Below, piece after piece: positions 46,832 through 58,369 of a stretch of 64,000 nucleotides of DNA (within the stretch, counting starts at the first letter, position 1; each line of letters begins with the position of its first letter). The notes under the pieces were generated by a model. It was given only the letters and a program-made list of their open reading frames with translations, had not been told where the DNA came from and did no database searches. This stretch comes from Abditibacteriaceae bacterium (GTDB taxonomy: Bacteria > Armatimonadota > Abditibacteriia > Abditibacteriales > Abditibacteriaceae), in NCBI GenBank assembly GCA_031372065.1, contig JANMKN010000244.1:1-64000 (forward strand), written 5' to 3'. Position numbers and translations under genes: made by a program.

Positions 46832-48646
46832 TTATGGATTTTGGACGCAACGAAATCCAAGGTCTTGGTTGCCGTAACCAAGACCACACTTACGACGCAT
46901 GGCGCATTTGAACCAACCGCCTGCCCCGTCCGACTCCGGGCGATACCACGAGCCGCCGCGTGTTGTATGTTCGGTTCCCGTCGGTGGGCCTGTCGGATTC
47001 CGTAAGGGAGACGTTTGATAATAATAATCGGCATACCAGTCTGAACACCATTCTTCGGCGTTCCCGGCCATATCCAAGCAGCCGTAAGGACTCACTCCGC
47101 TCGGAAAGCTGCCTACCGGCGCCGTCAGTCCCGCGTCCATGATTTGCGTCATGCTGCACCACAAGCGCGACGTATCGAAGGTTGAACCCCAGGGATAAGT
47201 GCGTCCATCCGTGCCGCGCGCCGCTTTTTCCCATTGTGCTTCGGTGGGAAGACTGGCGCCCGCCCACTTGGCGTAGGCGTTCGCGTCGTCCCAGCTCACG
47301 TTGACGATGGGATGGTTGTCGTTCCAACTTCCTCCCCACGGACGAACCGGCATCGTCCGATTCGTGTCTTCGCAAAACGCGCGGTATTGCTGCACCGTCA
47401 CTTCGGTTTCGTAGGCCCAGAAGCCGTCCACGTAAACCTGAGCCACCGGCCTCGTGTTCCACCAGCCATTCGCATCCACAGTGCCGCGCCTGAACTCCCC
47501 GGCGGGCACCCACACCATTTTTGCGCCATCTTTGGCGTTGAGGCGTGCGCTGCCGATTCCAAGCTCTCCCGTCAGGAGTGCCCCCTCCGGCAATTTCGCC
47601 TCATAGGGTTTGTCCACCACCGGTTGTGGCCGGATCGCTATCGGATTGGCCGGCGCCTGGGGCTGCACAACCGGCAGTGTCGTCGGCACGGTAGGGCTTG
47701 TTGGCAGCGTCGTTGGAACGACCGGCAGCGCGTTTGGAGAAATCGGCAGCGTGCTTTGCGAATTCGCGGGAATCAGGGCCATGTCGCCGAAGCTGGCGCG
47801 GCCATCAGGGTTTTGCGAGGCTTCAAAAGTCGCTTGCACAAATTGGCGCGTTTTTCCCGCCACATAACGCTTGAGGCCGTCGAAAGTTATGTTCGCGTTG
47901 CCCGGCGTCAGGCTCGCCGCTTCGCCCGACAAGCCTTTCAAGAGAAAATTCGTGAACACGCCCAAAGAGCCATCCGGCATCTCCTGCGATTTTTCGCGCG
48001 GACGGCATGAGCGCAGTTCGGCAAATTGCGGCTCTGTGGCGAAGTCGCTGGTGCCAAAACCTGATTCGCTCGCCGCCTTGCCTAAAATATTGCGGCACGC
48101 ATCGGTAATCATCAGACAGCGGCGCGGCGTTTTTCCCTCCAAACTGTCGCGCAGCTTGTTGTATGAGATGCAAGTTTCCGGCACGTCGGCGGCATCCGCG
48201 TCTAACGGCGCCAGATAATCGAAATTCGTGTCGCGAACGCCGTGTCCCGAAAAAAAGAAGACGACTTCGCTGTTCTCGTTGATATTGGCCGTGAAGGTGC
48301 GCAACACGCGCATGATATTCACGCGGTCGGGCTTGCGGCGCGCGTCGGCATCATCGGTCATTAAAATGATGGACAGCGCTGGAAAGCCCATTTTCTCTTC
48401 CAAAAAGCCCGCGAAGGCTTTGGCGTCCTTGCCGCAGGAGTGAAGCTTGCCCAGCGTCCAATAATCGTCCACGCCGATGACGACGGCGGTCTTGTCAACG
48501 CCGGGCGTGTTGGTAATCGGTGTGAGCTGAAAGGCCCGGCTTTCAGCCGTAAGCGCTTTGCCGCCTTCCGCTTTGGTCGCGACGGGATCTGCTTTAAGCG
48601 GTAGTGCAAAAACAACCAGCAGGCTGAAAAGTATTGAGCGCATCAA
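46832..48646 (-). CDS. Secreted caspase-like (peptidase C14) + FGE-sulfatase (SUMF1/CLec-fold) fusion
   Basis: Signal peptide; AVVIGVDDY, FSGHG and DACR dyad; Pro/Thr linker; LPTEAQWEKAARG, DMAGNAEEW, RGGSW, LGFRC. Confidence 0.9.
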   Translation of the reverse strand: MMRSILFSLLVVFALPLKADPVATKAEGGKALTAESRAFQLTPITNTPGVDKTAVVIGVDDYWTLGKLHSCGKDAKAFAGFLEEKMGFPALSIILMTDDADARRKPDRVNIMRVLRTFTANINENSEVVFFFSGHGVRDTNFDYLAPLDADAADVPETCISYNKLRDSLEGKTPRRCLMITDACRNILGKAASESGFGTSDFATEPQFAELRSCRPREKSQEMPDGSLGVFTNFLLKGLSGEAASLTPGNANITFDGLKRYVAGKTRQFVQATFEASQNPDGRASFGDMALIPANSQSTLPISPNALPVVPTTLPTSPTVPTTLPVVQPQAPANPIAIRPQPVVDKPYEAKLPEGALLTGELGIGSARLNAKDGAKMVWVPAGEFRRGTVDANGWWNTRPVAQVYVDGFWAYETEVTVQQYRAFCEDTNRTMPVRPWGGSWNDNHPIVNVSWDDANAYAKWAGASLPTEAQWEKAARGTDGRTYPWGSTFDTSRLWCSMTQIMDAGLTAPVGSFPSGVSPYGCLDMAGNAEEWCSDWYADYYYQTSPLRNPTGPPTGTEHTTRGGSWYRPESDGAGGWFKCAMRRKCGLGYGNQDLGFRCVQNP

Positions 48647-49221
48647 ATGTCTCCGATTAATTATCTTTTGCTTATTTTAGCACTTTTGGAAGGCAGGTCA
48701 AGGCAGGCACTTTGGTGTTGAACGCATTAGAGTCTTAGATCACCACGCCTTCGAGCAAGCGATAAAAACCGCCCACAGGGCACCTGCCTCATCAATGCGA
48801 TGGGAACGCTCCACCTTACGATCTCAATAAGATTGACGGCATCCAATACTACTCGCTGTGCTATTCACGGGCTTTTTTATCGGGGATTGTGTTGGCCACT
48901 CAATCGCGCGGCCCTGTGCTCAAGTTGCTTCATGAGACGGTGGCTTTATGGGGGTCGGCTCACGAAACGGATTATAAAGCACGTTAAGTGGTTCATCCGG
49001 CTAATTCCTGATGTTAAAAGCTGATTCCACGCTGTCGCCTTTGTTGCGGTAAGCGGTGATTCCGTTGTGCGAAAGGTGAATCATGTGAAAAACATTGAAT
49101 CAGGTGAGAGTTTTACCCTGCAATTGGCCGCTGCGACCGCGCCCTTTATGCAGCATTAGAGAGTAATCCGCAGTTCGTTTTTTGCCATGAGTGTGTTTTC
49201 CCAAAAGTCTTTACGAGCCTG

Positions 49222-50241
49222 TCACTCATTTTGCAGCAAGGGGAATAGCGCCCGATAAAACGGCGCGCCTTGGCCCCGGCTTTCTCCCGCCGTAGACAAG
49301 AGAGCTAACGTTTCCAGCAGCGATTCGCGGCACGCCTGTCCGACCAAGGCCGTCAAGGCGCTGCTATCGTCGGTGTTGTTTTGTCCATAGACCAGCGCCT
49401 CAAAATATTCCGCACGCCGCACGTTGGTAATGACCGCGATGGGATAACCGGCCCGCACTAAAAACAGGTTCATCAGCAAGCGACCCGCGCGTCCGTTGCC
49501 GTCGCGGAAAGGGTGAATGGAAACCAAGCGATAGTGCGCCTGAGACGCCAACTCAATAGGATGCAGCGTCTGAACTTCGGGGGAAGCGATCCAAGCAGCG
49601 AACTCGTCCATCAGTTCGGGCACCTGATAATGCGGCGGATAAACGTGTTCCGTGCCCGCTGCGCGCACGTCCAAATTCCGGTAGCGGCCCGCCTCGCTCA
49701 TGCCGGTGGCCCCATCCACTGGCAACAATATCAGGCTGTGCAAGTTTTTGATTTCCCATTCGCCAACCGGAGTGCTGCCAGCGGCTAACTCTTCCATGTA
49801 TTCCATCGCGTCGCGGTGGCCGATCACTTCCAAGTGCTCAACCAGAGTTTTGCCGCCAATCGTGATGCCGTGCGACAAGACCATCTCGGTTTCATGTTGC
49901 GTTAAGGTGTTGCCTTCAATGGCGTTGGAGTGATAGGTCAGGCGCACTGTGTAAAGCTGCTTGAGTTCGGCCACCACGGCGGGCGGCAAAGGCCGGAAGG
50001 AATCGAGCCAACTCTTCAAAGTATCGAGAGCCGCAAATTTTTCACCCTCCGTCAGCGCCGTTGCGATCAACTCCGTTGGCTCACAGGTGCCCCGGCGCAT
50101 CTTGGCCACAAACGCATCGTAAAGCGCGGGCGCGTCTGCCGGTGGTAAAGCAGGGGAGGGACTGCTCGGTAAAGTTTTGTTTTGCGTCTCGCTTTTAATC
50201 ATTTGGCCTGCGCTGTTCTTTGGTTGATTATCGGTCTCCAT
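49222..50241 (-). CDS. Fic-domain protein (class II, auto-inhibited)
   Basis: Catalytic HPFRDGNGRAGR; N-terminal inhibitory SNAIEGN. Confidence 0.93.
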   Translation of the reverse strand: METDNQPKNSAGQMIKSETQNKTLPSSPSPALPPADAPALYDAFVAKMRRGTCEPTELIATALTEGEKFAALDTLKSWLDSFRPLPPAVVAELKQLYTVRLTYHSNAIEGNTLTQHETEMVLSHGITIGGKTLVEHLEVIGHRDAMEYMEELAAGSTPVGEWEIKNLHSLILLPVDGATGMSEAGRYRNLDVRAAGTEHVYPPHYQVPELMDEFAAWIASPEVQTLHPIELASQAHYRLVSIHPFRDGNGRAGRLLMNLFLVRAGYPIAVITNVRRAEYFEALVYGQNNTDDSSALTALVGQACRESLLETLALLSTAGESRGQGAPFYRALFPLLQNE

Positions 50242-50330
50242 AGCCACTTTCCACCACCTCCTTTGCAAAATAAACGGCGGCTCACGACGTAGCACGCCGC
50301 GAAACGGTGCACGCCGCGAAAATCAGCCCC

Positions 50331-50588
50331 TCACAAATTATTATCTGGATAAGCCTTGCGCAAGGCCTCATAATCACGCATCGAGCGGCGCAAAGCCGCG
50401 CTCGGTGGTTTGGGGTTCTCAATTTCGTTCAGCAGAATCGCGTAATCGCGCTCCGAAAAGATGAGGCGCTCCCACGGCTCTTCTCCCGCGCCGACATCCG
50501 CTGCTGCCGCGCGAGCTTGCGCCAAACTGTCCTCCCGCTCGTCATCGTTCACCGTGTTGAGGCTTGGCGTGCGCTCTTGGTCGTTCAT
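50331..50588 (-). CDS. DUF1778 C-terminal-like small protein lacking the RHH domain
   Basis: IFSERDYAILLNEIENPKPPSAALR resembles ILSERDWELFVALMQNPPQPGQPLK of the neighbouring antitoxin. Confidence 0.65.
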   Translation of the reverse strand: MNDQERTPSLNTVNDDEREDSLAQARAAAADVGAGEEPWERLIFSERDYAILLNEIENPKPPSAALRRSMRDYEALRKAYPDNNL

Positions 50589-50701
50589 AACCCTTTGGCT
50601 GCTTTCTCTTCCCGTTTCTCGACGGCGAATTCGTGGTTTCTTATTTTAAACCGGCAATTCACCACATCAATTAGTATAATGGAAAGTAGAGGTTCCTTCC
50701 G

Positions 50702-51139
50702 ATGGCGACCCTTCGCAAACCCACTTCCCATCCCTCCAAAACACCGCAGACTAAAGCGCAGGCCAAAACGCCCCAAAAACGCGGGCGCAAACCGACCGGG
50801 CAACACGACGCCCGTCTTGATTTCCGCCTGTCCAGCGCGGCCAAAGCCAAAATCGAACAGGCGGCCTTAGCCAGTGGCCAGAGCCTGAGCGATTTCGCAG
50901 CGTCCACGCTGGTGCGCGAAGCCGAGCAAGTTTTGGAACGGAGCGCGGCGACGATCCTTTCCGAGCGCGACTGGGAACTTTTTGTGGCCTTGATGCAAAA
51001 CCCACCGCAGCCGGGCCAGCCTTTGAAACAGTTCGTCGAAGCCTACCAAACCCACACGCACACCACAGGCGAAGTCACGGTCGTTGACGCCGATCTGTTC
51101 GACCATATTCCCGCTGAATTCGGCCTCGATCCTCATTAA
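50702..51139 (+). CDS. DUF1778 RHH antitoxin (TacA/AtaR-like)
   Basis: ARLDFRLSSAAKAKIEQAALASGQSLSDF...LSERDW...NPP. Confidence 0.92.
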   Translation: MATLRKPTSHPSKTPQTKAQAKTPQKRGRKPTGQHDARLDFRLSSAAKAKIEQAALASGQSLSDFAASTLVREAEQVLERSAATILSERDWELFVALMQNPPQPGQPLKQFVEAYQTHTHTTGEVTVVDADLFDHIPAEFGLDPH

Positions 51140-51685
51140 ATGCCCCTTAAAATGGCATCTTTCACCATTGAGCCGCTTCAGTCCAGCCACGACCGCGCCG
51201 CTTTCGATTGTGGGCAGGAAAGCCTCAACACTTACCTGAAACGCTACGCCCGTCAAAATGCCGGTCGTTTTATCGGCATTACCTATGTCGCGGTGCCCCA
51301 AAACGAGCCGCAACGCATCGCCGCTTATTACTCGCTCTCCACCATCCGTATCGAGCGCGAGCATTTGCCGGATGCTTTGCCGTTGCCGCGCTACCCGGTG
51401 CCCAGTCTGCTTTTAGCGCGCTTGGCTGTGGACAAAAACTTTCAAGGCCAAAAACTCGCGGCGGTGCTGCTGCTCAACATTTTCGAGCGCACCAGTCGCT
51501 TTGCCGCCGAAGTCGGATTTTATGCGCTGGAAGTGGTGGCCCTCAACGACACGGCGCGCACTTTCTACGAGCATTTCCAATTTGTCGCGCTGGCCGATAA
51601 AAAATTGCATGATTCCCTCCATCTTTATTTGCCAGTGGAAACCATGCGGCGTTTGTATTTAGACACACCGGACAGGTCTTCATAG
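51140..51685 (+). CDS. GNAT acetyltransferase toxin (TacT/AtaT-like)
   Basis: HDRAAFDCGQESLNTYLK, LARLAVDKNFQGQK, FYEHFQF; abuts the antitoxin gene. Confidence 0.92.
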   Translation: MPLKMASFTIEPLQSSHDRAAFDCGQESLNTYLKRYARQNAGRFIGITYVAVPQNEPQRIAAYYSLSTIRIEREHLPDALPLPRYPVPSLLLARLAVDKNFQGQKLAAVLLLNIFERTSRFAAEVGFYALEVVALNDTARTFYEHFQFVALADKKLHDSLHLYLPVETMRRLYLDTPDRSS

Positions 51686-51769
51686 CCGTTCGCCGTTTTG
51701 TGGACCACGATTATACTTACGACCATGCTGAGCGTTGGTCAGGGCTAAGCAAAAAAAGGAATGGTAAAA

Positions 51770-51895
51770 ATGGGCGATAAATCTCCAAAAGCCACCAAGA
51801 AGCAAGCGACGCAAAAACAAACGAAGAGCAATGCCGTCGGGCAAAAGAAAAAATCTGATGAAGCCGCCAAGAAAGCGGCCAACGCGAAAAAGTAA
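51770..51895 (+). CDS. 41-aa lysine-rich small protein (not in ORF track)
   Basis: MGDKSPKATKKQATQKQTKSNAVGQKKKSDEAAKKAANAKK*; AAAGGA upstream; alternative in-frame ATG at 51761. Confidence 0.55.
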   Translation: MGDKSPKATKKQATQKQTKSNAVGQKKKSDEAAKKAANAKK

Positions 51896-52074
51896 GCCTG
51901 CCTTGCCCGAACCTTTGATTACATGGCGACGTGATGTCCGATAATATCGGTAACTCCTCAGTGCGCCAAACTTTTGCTGGCGGTGAATCACAACGCCTCG
52001 GCAACGCGCCGCTTTGCTCGGTCATCACAACGGGGCTTGCGGCGAGGCGGCGCGCTTTTAGTCGCCTTTCACCG

Positions 52075-52194
52075 GCTTATCTCTCGCCCCTGGAGTGGGA
52101 ACACATCAATCTGACCGGTGATTATTCTTGGAATACCCAAAGCTTGCCCAAACCTGGGCATTTTAGGCCACTACGCTCCACTGCAACGCACTAA
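52075..52194 (+). pseudogene. tnpA: C-terminal remnant of a Tn3-family transposase
   Basis: [18 protein letters not shown]...FRPLR is the typical Tn3 TnpA C-terminus and ends at the right IR. Confidence 0.85.
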
Positions 52195-52233
52195 CGGACT
52201 TTAATTTCCGTTTCCTGTGGTGACCCCTATATG

Positions 52234-52271
52234 GAAATCTTAGTTATTTGCGAGTGAAATATCGTCATGGG
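52234..52271 (+). repeat. 38-bp direct repeat, copy 2
   Basis: GAAATCTTAGTTATTTGCGAGTGAAATATCGTCATGGG, 6 bp outside the Tn3 right IR. Confidence 0.9.
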
Positions 52272-52347
52272 TGGCACTTGGAATCTACTTTGTTCGTCGG
52301 TGCCGCACGCTGTATACCAATGAATGAGAAACTTGTGTGAAGAACCC

Positions 52348-55203
52348 ATGAAACCAAAATCAATTTATCAAAAAGGTCTACTTCCTTTGGCCGTAGCCCT
52401 TTTAGCTCCCATTGCCTTGCCTGTGCAGGCACAAAACGCCTCGAAAACCTCTAAAAGCGCGCCACTGCCGCCGTTGCGTTACACACAGTTCCGCTTGAAA
52501 AATGGGTTGCGCGTGATTTTTCACGAAGATCATTCAGCGCCGCTGGTGACTACTAATGTGTGGTATCACGTCGGCTCCAAGAACGAAGTGCCGGGCCGCA
52601 CCGGATTCGCACATTTGTTCGAACATTTGATGTTTCAAGGCTCAAAGCATCACGACGACGATTTTTTCAAGCCTTTGCAAGAGGCCGGTGGCTCGCTGAA
52701 CGGCACAACCAACACGGATCGCACCAATTATTTTGAGACTGTGCCCGCGAATTTTCTTGAACTGGCGTTGTGGCTTGAAAGTGACCGCATGGGCTATTTG
52801 CCCGACGCGCTGACCGAAACCAAGCTCAATAACCAGCGCGAAGTCGTGAAAAATGAAAAGCGCCAGAACTACGACAACCAGCCTTACGGCCAAGTCTGGG
52901 CCAAAATCGCCGAGACGATGTATCCGCCGACGCATCCTTATCACTGGTTGACCATTGGCTCGCTCGACGATGTAACTGGCGCCTCAATGAGCGAAGTCAA
53001 AGCCTTTTTTCATCGTTATTACACGCCCAACAACGCCAGTTTGGTCGTCGCGGGCGATTTCAATCCGGCGCAGGCGAGACAGTGGGTTGAAAAATACTTT
53101 GGCCCGCTACAAAGCGGGCCAAAAATCGCGCCGGTCAAGGCAAGGCAGCCGCATCTTGACCACGAAGTTCGCGAAACGATGGAAGATCGCGTTTCGCTGC
53201 CGCGCTTGTATCTTGATTGGCACGCTGTTCCACAATTCGCCCAAGACGATGCGGCGCTTGATATGCTGGCCTACGTCATGGTCAACGGCAAAGGCTCACG
53301 TCTTTATAAGTCGCTGGTTTATGATCGCCAAATCGCGCAGGATGTCTCGGCGTTCAATGGTTCGCGCGAACTCGCGGGCGAATTTACCATTATCGCGACG
53401 GCCAAGCCTGGAAAAACCCTCGCCGAATTGGAAAGCGCTATCAATGAAGAACTGGCGAAATTGAAAACCGCGCCGCCCGCCGCCGATGAAATGGAACGCG
53501 CTTACAATACTATCGAATCGTCGTTCATTTATGGATTGCAAACCGTGCGCGGCAAGGCCGACCAACTCAATTCCTACGCGACGTTTCTCAATAATCCCGG
53601 CTATGCCGACAAAGATTTAGAGCGTTATCGCCGCGTCACGCCCGCTGATGTGCAGCGCGTGGCAAAGGCGTATTTGAACGATAAAAAGTTGGTTTTGAGC
53701 GTGCTTCCGCTCTCGAAAACGGCAAAATCGGCCTCAAATCCGTCTCCGGCGCCCGTTGTTGCCGCAAAACCTGCCGAAAGCGCGCGCGCCGAAACGGCGC
53801 TCGCAAGCAGCGAACCCAAAACAGGTGGGCTTTATGATATGCCCAAGCCACAGGCCGACCCCAGCCTCAAGCTGCCGCAAATTCAACGTCGAAAGTTGGC
53901 CAATGGCCTCGAAGTGCTGATTGTCGAGCAGCATGAATTGCCGGTTGTCAGCATGGACTTGGTGGTGAAAAGTGGTGCTTCGGACGACCCAAAAGAGCGC
54001 ACAGGCCTCGCCACTCTGACCGCCGATATGCTGGACGAAGGCACCAAAACGCGCTCGTCGCTGGATATTTCCAACGAAATGTCGGCCATTGGTTCGCGCA
54101 TCGGCATCGGCGCCGGTTGGGATAAAAGCAGCGCCACGCTCACCACGCTCACGCGCCATTTGGATCATTCGCTCAACGTGTTTTCGGACGTGATTTTGAA
54201 TCCGGCTTTCGCCGCCGCCGAACTCGAACGCCTGTGCGCCCGTCGTTTGGCTTCGCTGGAGCAACAGCACGACGATGCCGATGCCATCGCTGAAGATGTT
54301 TACGCGTCGCTGCTTTATGGCGCCGCGCATCCGTATGGTCACTCAACTATTGGCGACGAAGCGTCCACCAAAGCGCTGCAAATCGCCGATGTGCAGCGCT
54401 TCTACGAAACCTATTATCGTCCGAATATCTCGACGCTGATTGTGGTCGGCGATGTGCAGGCAGATATGCTTTTGCCAGCCCTCGAACGCGCTTTTGGCAC
54501 ATGGAAAAGCGCCGAAGTGCCGAAAACCGAGGTTTCGACGCCTGCCGCACGCACGCAAAGCACGCTTTACCTCGTGGACAAGCCCGGCGCGGCGCAATCG
54601 GTGATTACCATTGGGCAAGTCGGCGTGCCGCGCAACAATCCCGATTATTTCTCGTTGCGCGTGATGAACGCGATTTTAGGCGGCCAATTCATGTCACGCA
54701 TCAACATGAATTTGCGCGAAGACAAAGGCTACAGTTATGGCGCTTTTACCTACTTCGATATGCGGCGCGGCGCTGGGCCATTCGCCGCCAGCGCTGGCGT
54801 GCAAACCGCCGTAACCAAAGAAGCGGTGATTGAAACCCTGAAAGAACTGCGCGGCATTCGCGGCGCGATTCCGATTACACAAGCGGAGTTGGATTTCGCT
54901 AAACAATCCATCATTCGCGCTTATCCATCGGGCTTTGAAACGCCGGGCCAAATCGCCGGACGCCTCGAAGATGTGGTCGTCTACGGCCTGCCTGATGACT
55001 ATTTCAATACGGTAGTCCAAAAAGTGGGCGCCGTGATGGTGGAGGATGTAAAGCGCGTGGCCGATAAATATCTTAACCCCTCGAAGATGGCTGTGCTTAT
55101 CGTCGGTGATCGCAAATCCATCGAACCCGGCCTGCGTTCACTCGAAACAATTGGCACCACGCTGACGTTGTTGGACGACGAAGGTAAATCCGTCACGCCG
55201 TAA
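52348..55203 (+). CDS. M16 (pitrilysin/insulinase) zinc peptidase, secreted, fused halves
   Basis: Signal peptide; WYHVGS, GFAHLFEH (HxxEH); second half with NLREDKGYSY. Confidence 0.95.
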   Translation: MKPKSIYQKGLLPLAVALLAPIALPVQAQNASKTSKSAPLPPLRYTQFRLKNGLRVIFHEDHSAPLVTTNVWYHVGSKNEVPGRTGFAHLFEHLMFQGSKHHDDDFFKPLQEAGGSLNGTTNTDRTNYFETVPANFLELALWLESDRMGYLPDALTETKLNNQREVVKNEKRQNYDNQPYGQVWAKIAETMYPPTHPYHWLTIGSLDDVTGASMSEVKAFFHRYYTPNNASLVVAGDFNPAQARQWVEKYFGPLQSGPKIAPVKARQPHLDHEVRETMEDRVSLPRLYLDWHAVPQFAQDDAALDMLAYVMVNGKGSRLYKSLVYDRQIAQDVSAFNGSRELAGEFTIIATAKPGKTLAELESAINEELAKLKTAPPAADEMERAYNTIESSFIYGLQTVRGKADQLNSYATFLNNPGYADKDLERYRRVTPADVQRVAKAYLNDKKLVLSVLPLSKTAKSASNPSPAPVVAAKPAESARAETALASSEPKTGGLYDMPKPQADPSLKLPQIQRRKLANGLEVLIVEQHELPVVSMDLVVKSGASDDPKERTGLATLTADMLDEGTKTRSSLDISNEMSAIGSRIGIGAGWDKSSATLTTLTRHLDHSLNVFSDVILNPAFAAAELERLCARRLASLEQQHDDADAIAEDVYASLLYGAAHPYGHSTIGDEASTKALQIADVQRFYETYYRPNISTLIVVGDVQADMLLPALERAFGTWKSAEVPKTEVSTPAARTQSTLYLVDKPGAAQSVITIGQVGVPRNNPDYFSLRVMNAILGGQFMSRINMNLREDKGYSYGAFTYFDMRRGAGPFAASAGVQTAVTKEAVIETLKELRGIRGAIPITQAELDFAKQSIIRAYPSGFETPGQIAGRLEDVVVYGLPDDYFNTVVQKVGAVMVEDVKRVADKYLNPSKMAVLIVGDRKSIEPGLRSLETIGTTLTLLDDEGKSVTP

Positions 55204-55415
55204 AAGCAGCAAAAGCAAACGATTTGGTTGCTACAAAAGATGACGGCGGGGTTAGCGCTTTCTTCCGAACGAGGCGGTCACTTTTAATTTATTACTGTCC
55301 GTTTGGAAGAAAGTGGTTGTCGTGGATAGCTCCGCCGCCGTTGAAAATTGGTCGGATAAATGGTGCTGATATACTTGGCAAGACCGTTACTGATGAAGGG
55401 TGACGTCGAAATTTT

Positions 55416-56360
55416 ATGAAAATGATTCCTTTTGATGCCAAGATTTTTCTGGCAGGACACACAGGTTTGGTCGGCGGCGCAATTTTGCGGCGCTTGCAAA
55501 GCGCGGGCTACGAAAATATCGTAACCCGCACGCACAAAGAGTTGGATTTATGCAATCAAGCGGCAGTAACTGAGTTTTTCAAAACTGAAATGCCACGTTA
55601 TGTTTATCTGGCGGCGGCGCGCGTGGGGGGCATTTTAGCTAATTCGACGCACCCGGCGCAGTTCATCTACGACAATATGATGATCGCTAACAACGTGATT
55701 CACACTTCGTATGAAAACGGCGTCATCAAATTGTTAAATTTGGGCAGCAGTTGCATTTATCCGCGCATGGCGCCGCAGCCGATTCGCGAAGAATATTTGA
55801 TGACGGGCCCGCTTGAAGAAACCAATCGCGCTTACGCGATGGCGAAAATTGCAGCTATTGATTTGTGCGATCATTATCGTGCGCAGTATGGTTGCCATTT
55901 CATCAGCGCCATGCCGACCAATTTGTATGGCCCCGGCGACAACTTCGATTTGAAATCCAGCCACGTTTTGCCTGCCTTACTGCGCAAAATGCATGAGGCT
56001 AAAGTGGCGCAGGCACCTACAGTGGAAATCTGGGGCAGTGGCCGTCCCATGCGCGAATTTCTTTATGTTGAAGACATGGCCGATGCGTGTGTGTTTTTGA
56101 TGGATAATTACGATGAACCCGGCCCCATCAACGTGGGAACAGGTATAGACATCACCATCCGCGACTTGGCTTTAACGATTCAAAGTGTGGTTGGCTATGA
56201 GGGTGATTTGGTGTTTGACGCCAGTAAACCAGATGGCACGCCGCGCAAATTATTGGATGTTTCTCGTTTGCGTAATGCCGGATGGGAGGCGAAGACCGGT
56301 TTGCGTGAAGGTATTGAAAAGTCGTATGACTGGTATCTAAAAAACGTGACGCCCGTTTAG
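55416..56360 (+). CDS. fcl: GDP-L-fucose synthase
   Basis: GHTGLVGG, AARVGGILAN, GSSCIYP, YAMAK, PTNLYGPGDNF, KPDGTPRK. Confidence 0.95.
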   Translation: MKMIPFDAKIFLAGHTGLVGGAILRRLQSAGYENIVTRTHKELDLCNQAAVTEFFKTEMPRYVYLAAARVGGILANSTHPAQFIYDNMMIANNVIHTSYENGVIKLLNLGSSCIYPRMAPQPIREEYLMTGPLEETNRAYAMAKIAAIDLCDHYRAQYGCHFISAMPTNLYGPGDNFDLKSSHVLPALLRKMHEAKVAQAPTVEIWGSGRPMREFLYVEDMADACVFLMDNYDEPGPINVGTGIDITIRDLALTIQSVVGYEGDLVFDASKPDGTPRKLLDVSRLRNAGWEAKTGLREGIEKSYDWYLKNVTPV

Positions 56361-56386
56361 CAGGAGAACCCGGCTTTACCGATATT

Positions 56387-58369
<1,983 letters not shown>

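Larger units (their letters stand above)
48951..52227. mobile_element. Defective Tn3-family transposon (38-bp IRs, tnpA remnant, TA/Fic cargo)
   Basis: IRL GGGGTCGGCTCACGAAACGGATTATAAAGCACGTTAAG (48951-48988); IRR on the reverse strand GGGGTCACCACAGGAAACGGAAATTAAAGTCCGTTAGT (52227-52190); both resemble Tn21/Tn501-type IRs. No exact 5-bp TSD. Confidence 0.8.

Noticed and set aside
46832..47000. Complete diversity-generating retroelement
   Set aside because: No reverse transcriptase, Avd or template repeat is visible in the window.
50292..50321. 13-bp tandem direct repeat GCACGCCGCGAAA upstream of fic
   Set aside because: Only two copies; may be a local duplication, and no function can be supported.
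48946..52232. 5-bp target-site duplication for the Tn3 remnant
   Set aside because: The flanks TTATG and TATAT do not match.
55240..55260. ops/JUMPstart element upstream of fcl (GGCGGGGTTAGCG)
   Set aside because: Only a loose match to GGCGGTAG, and no RfaH/NusG paralog is in view.
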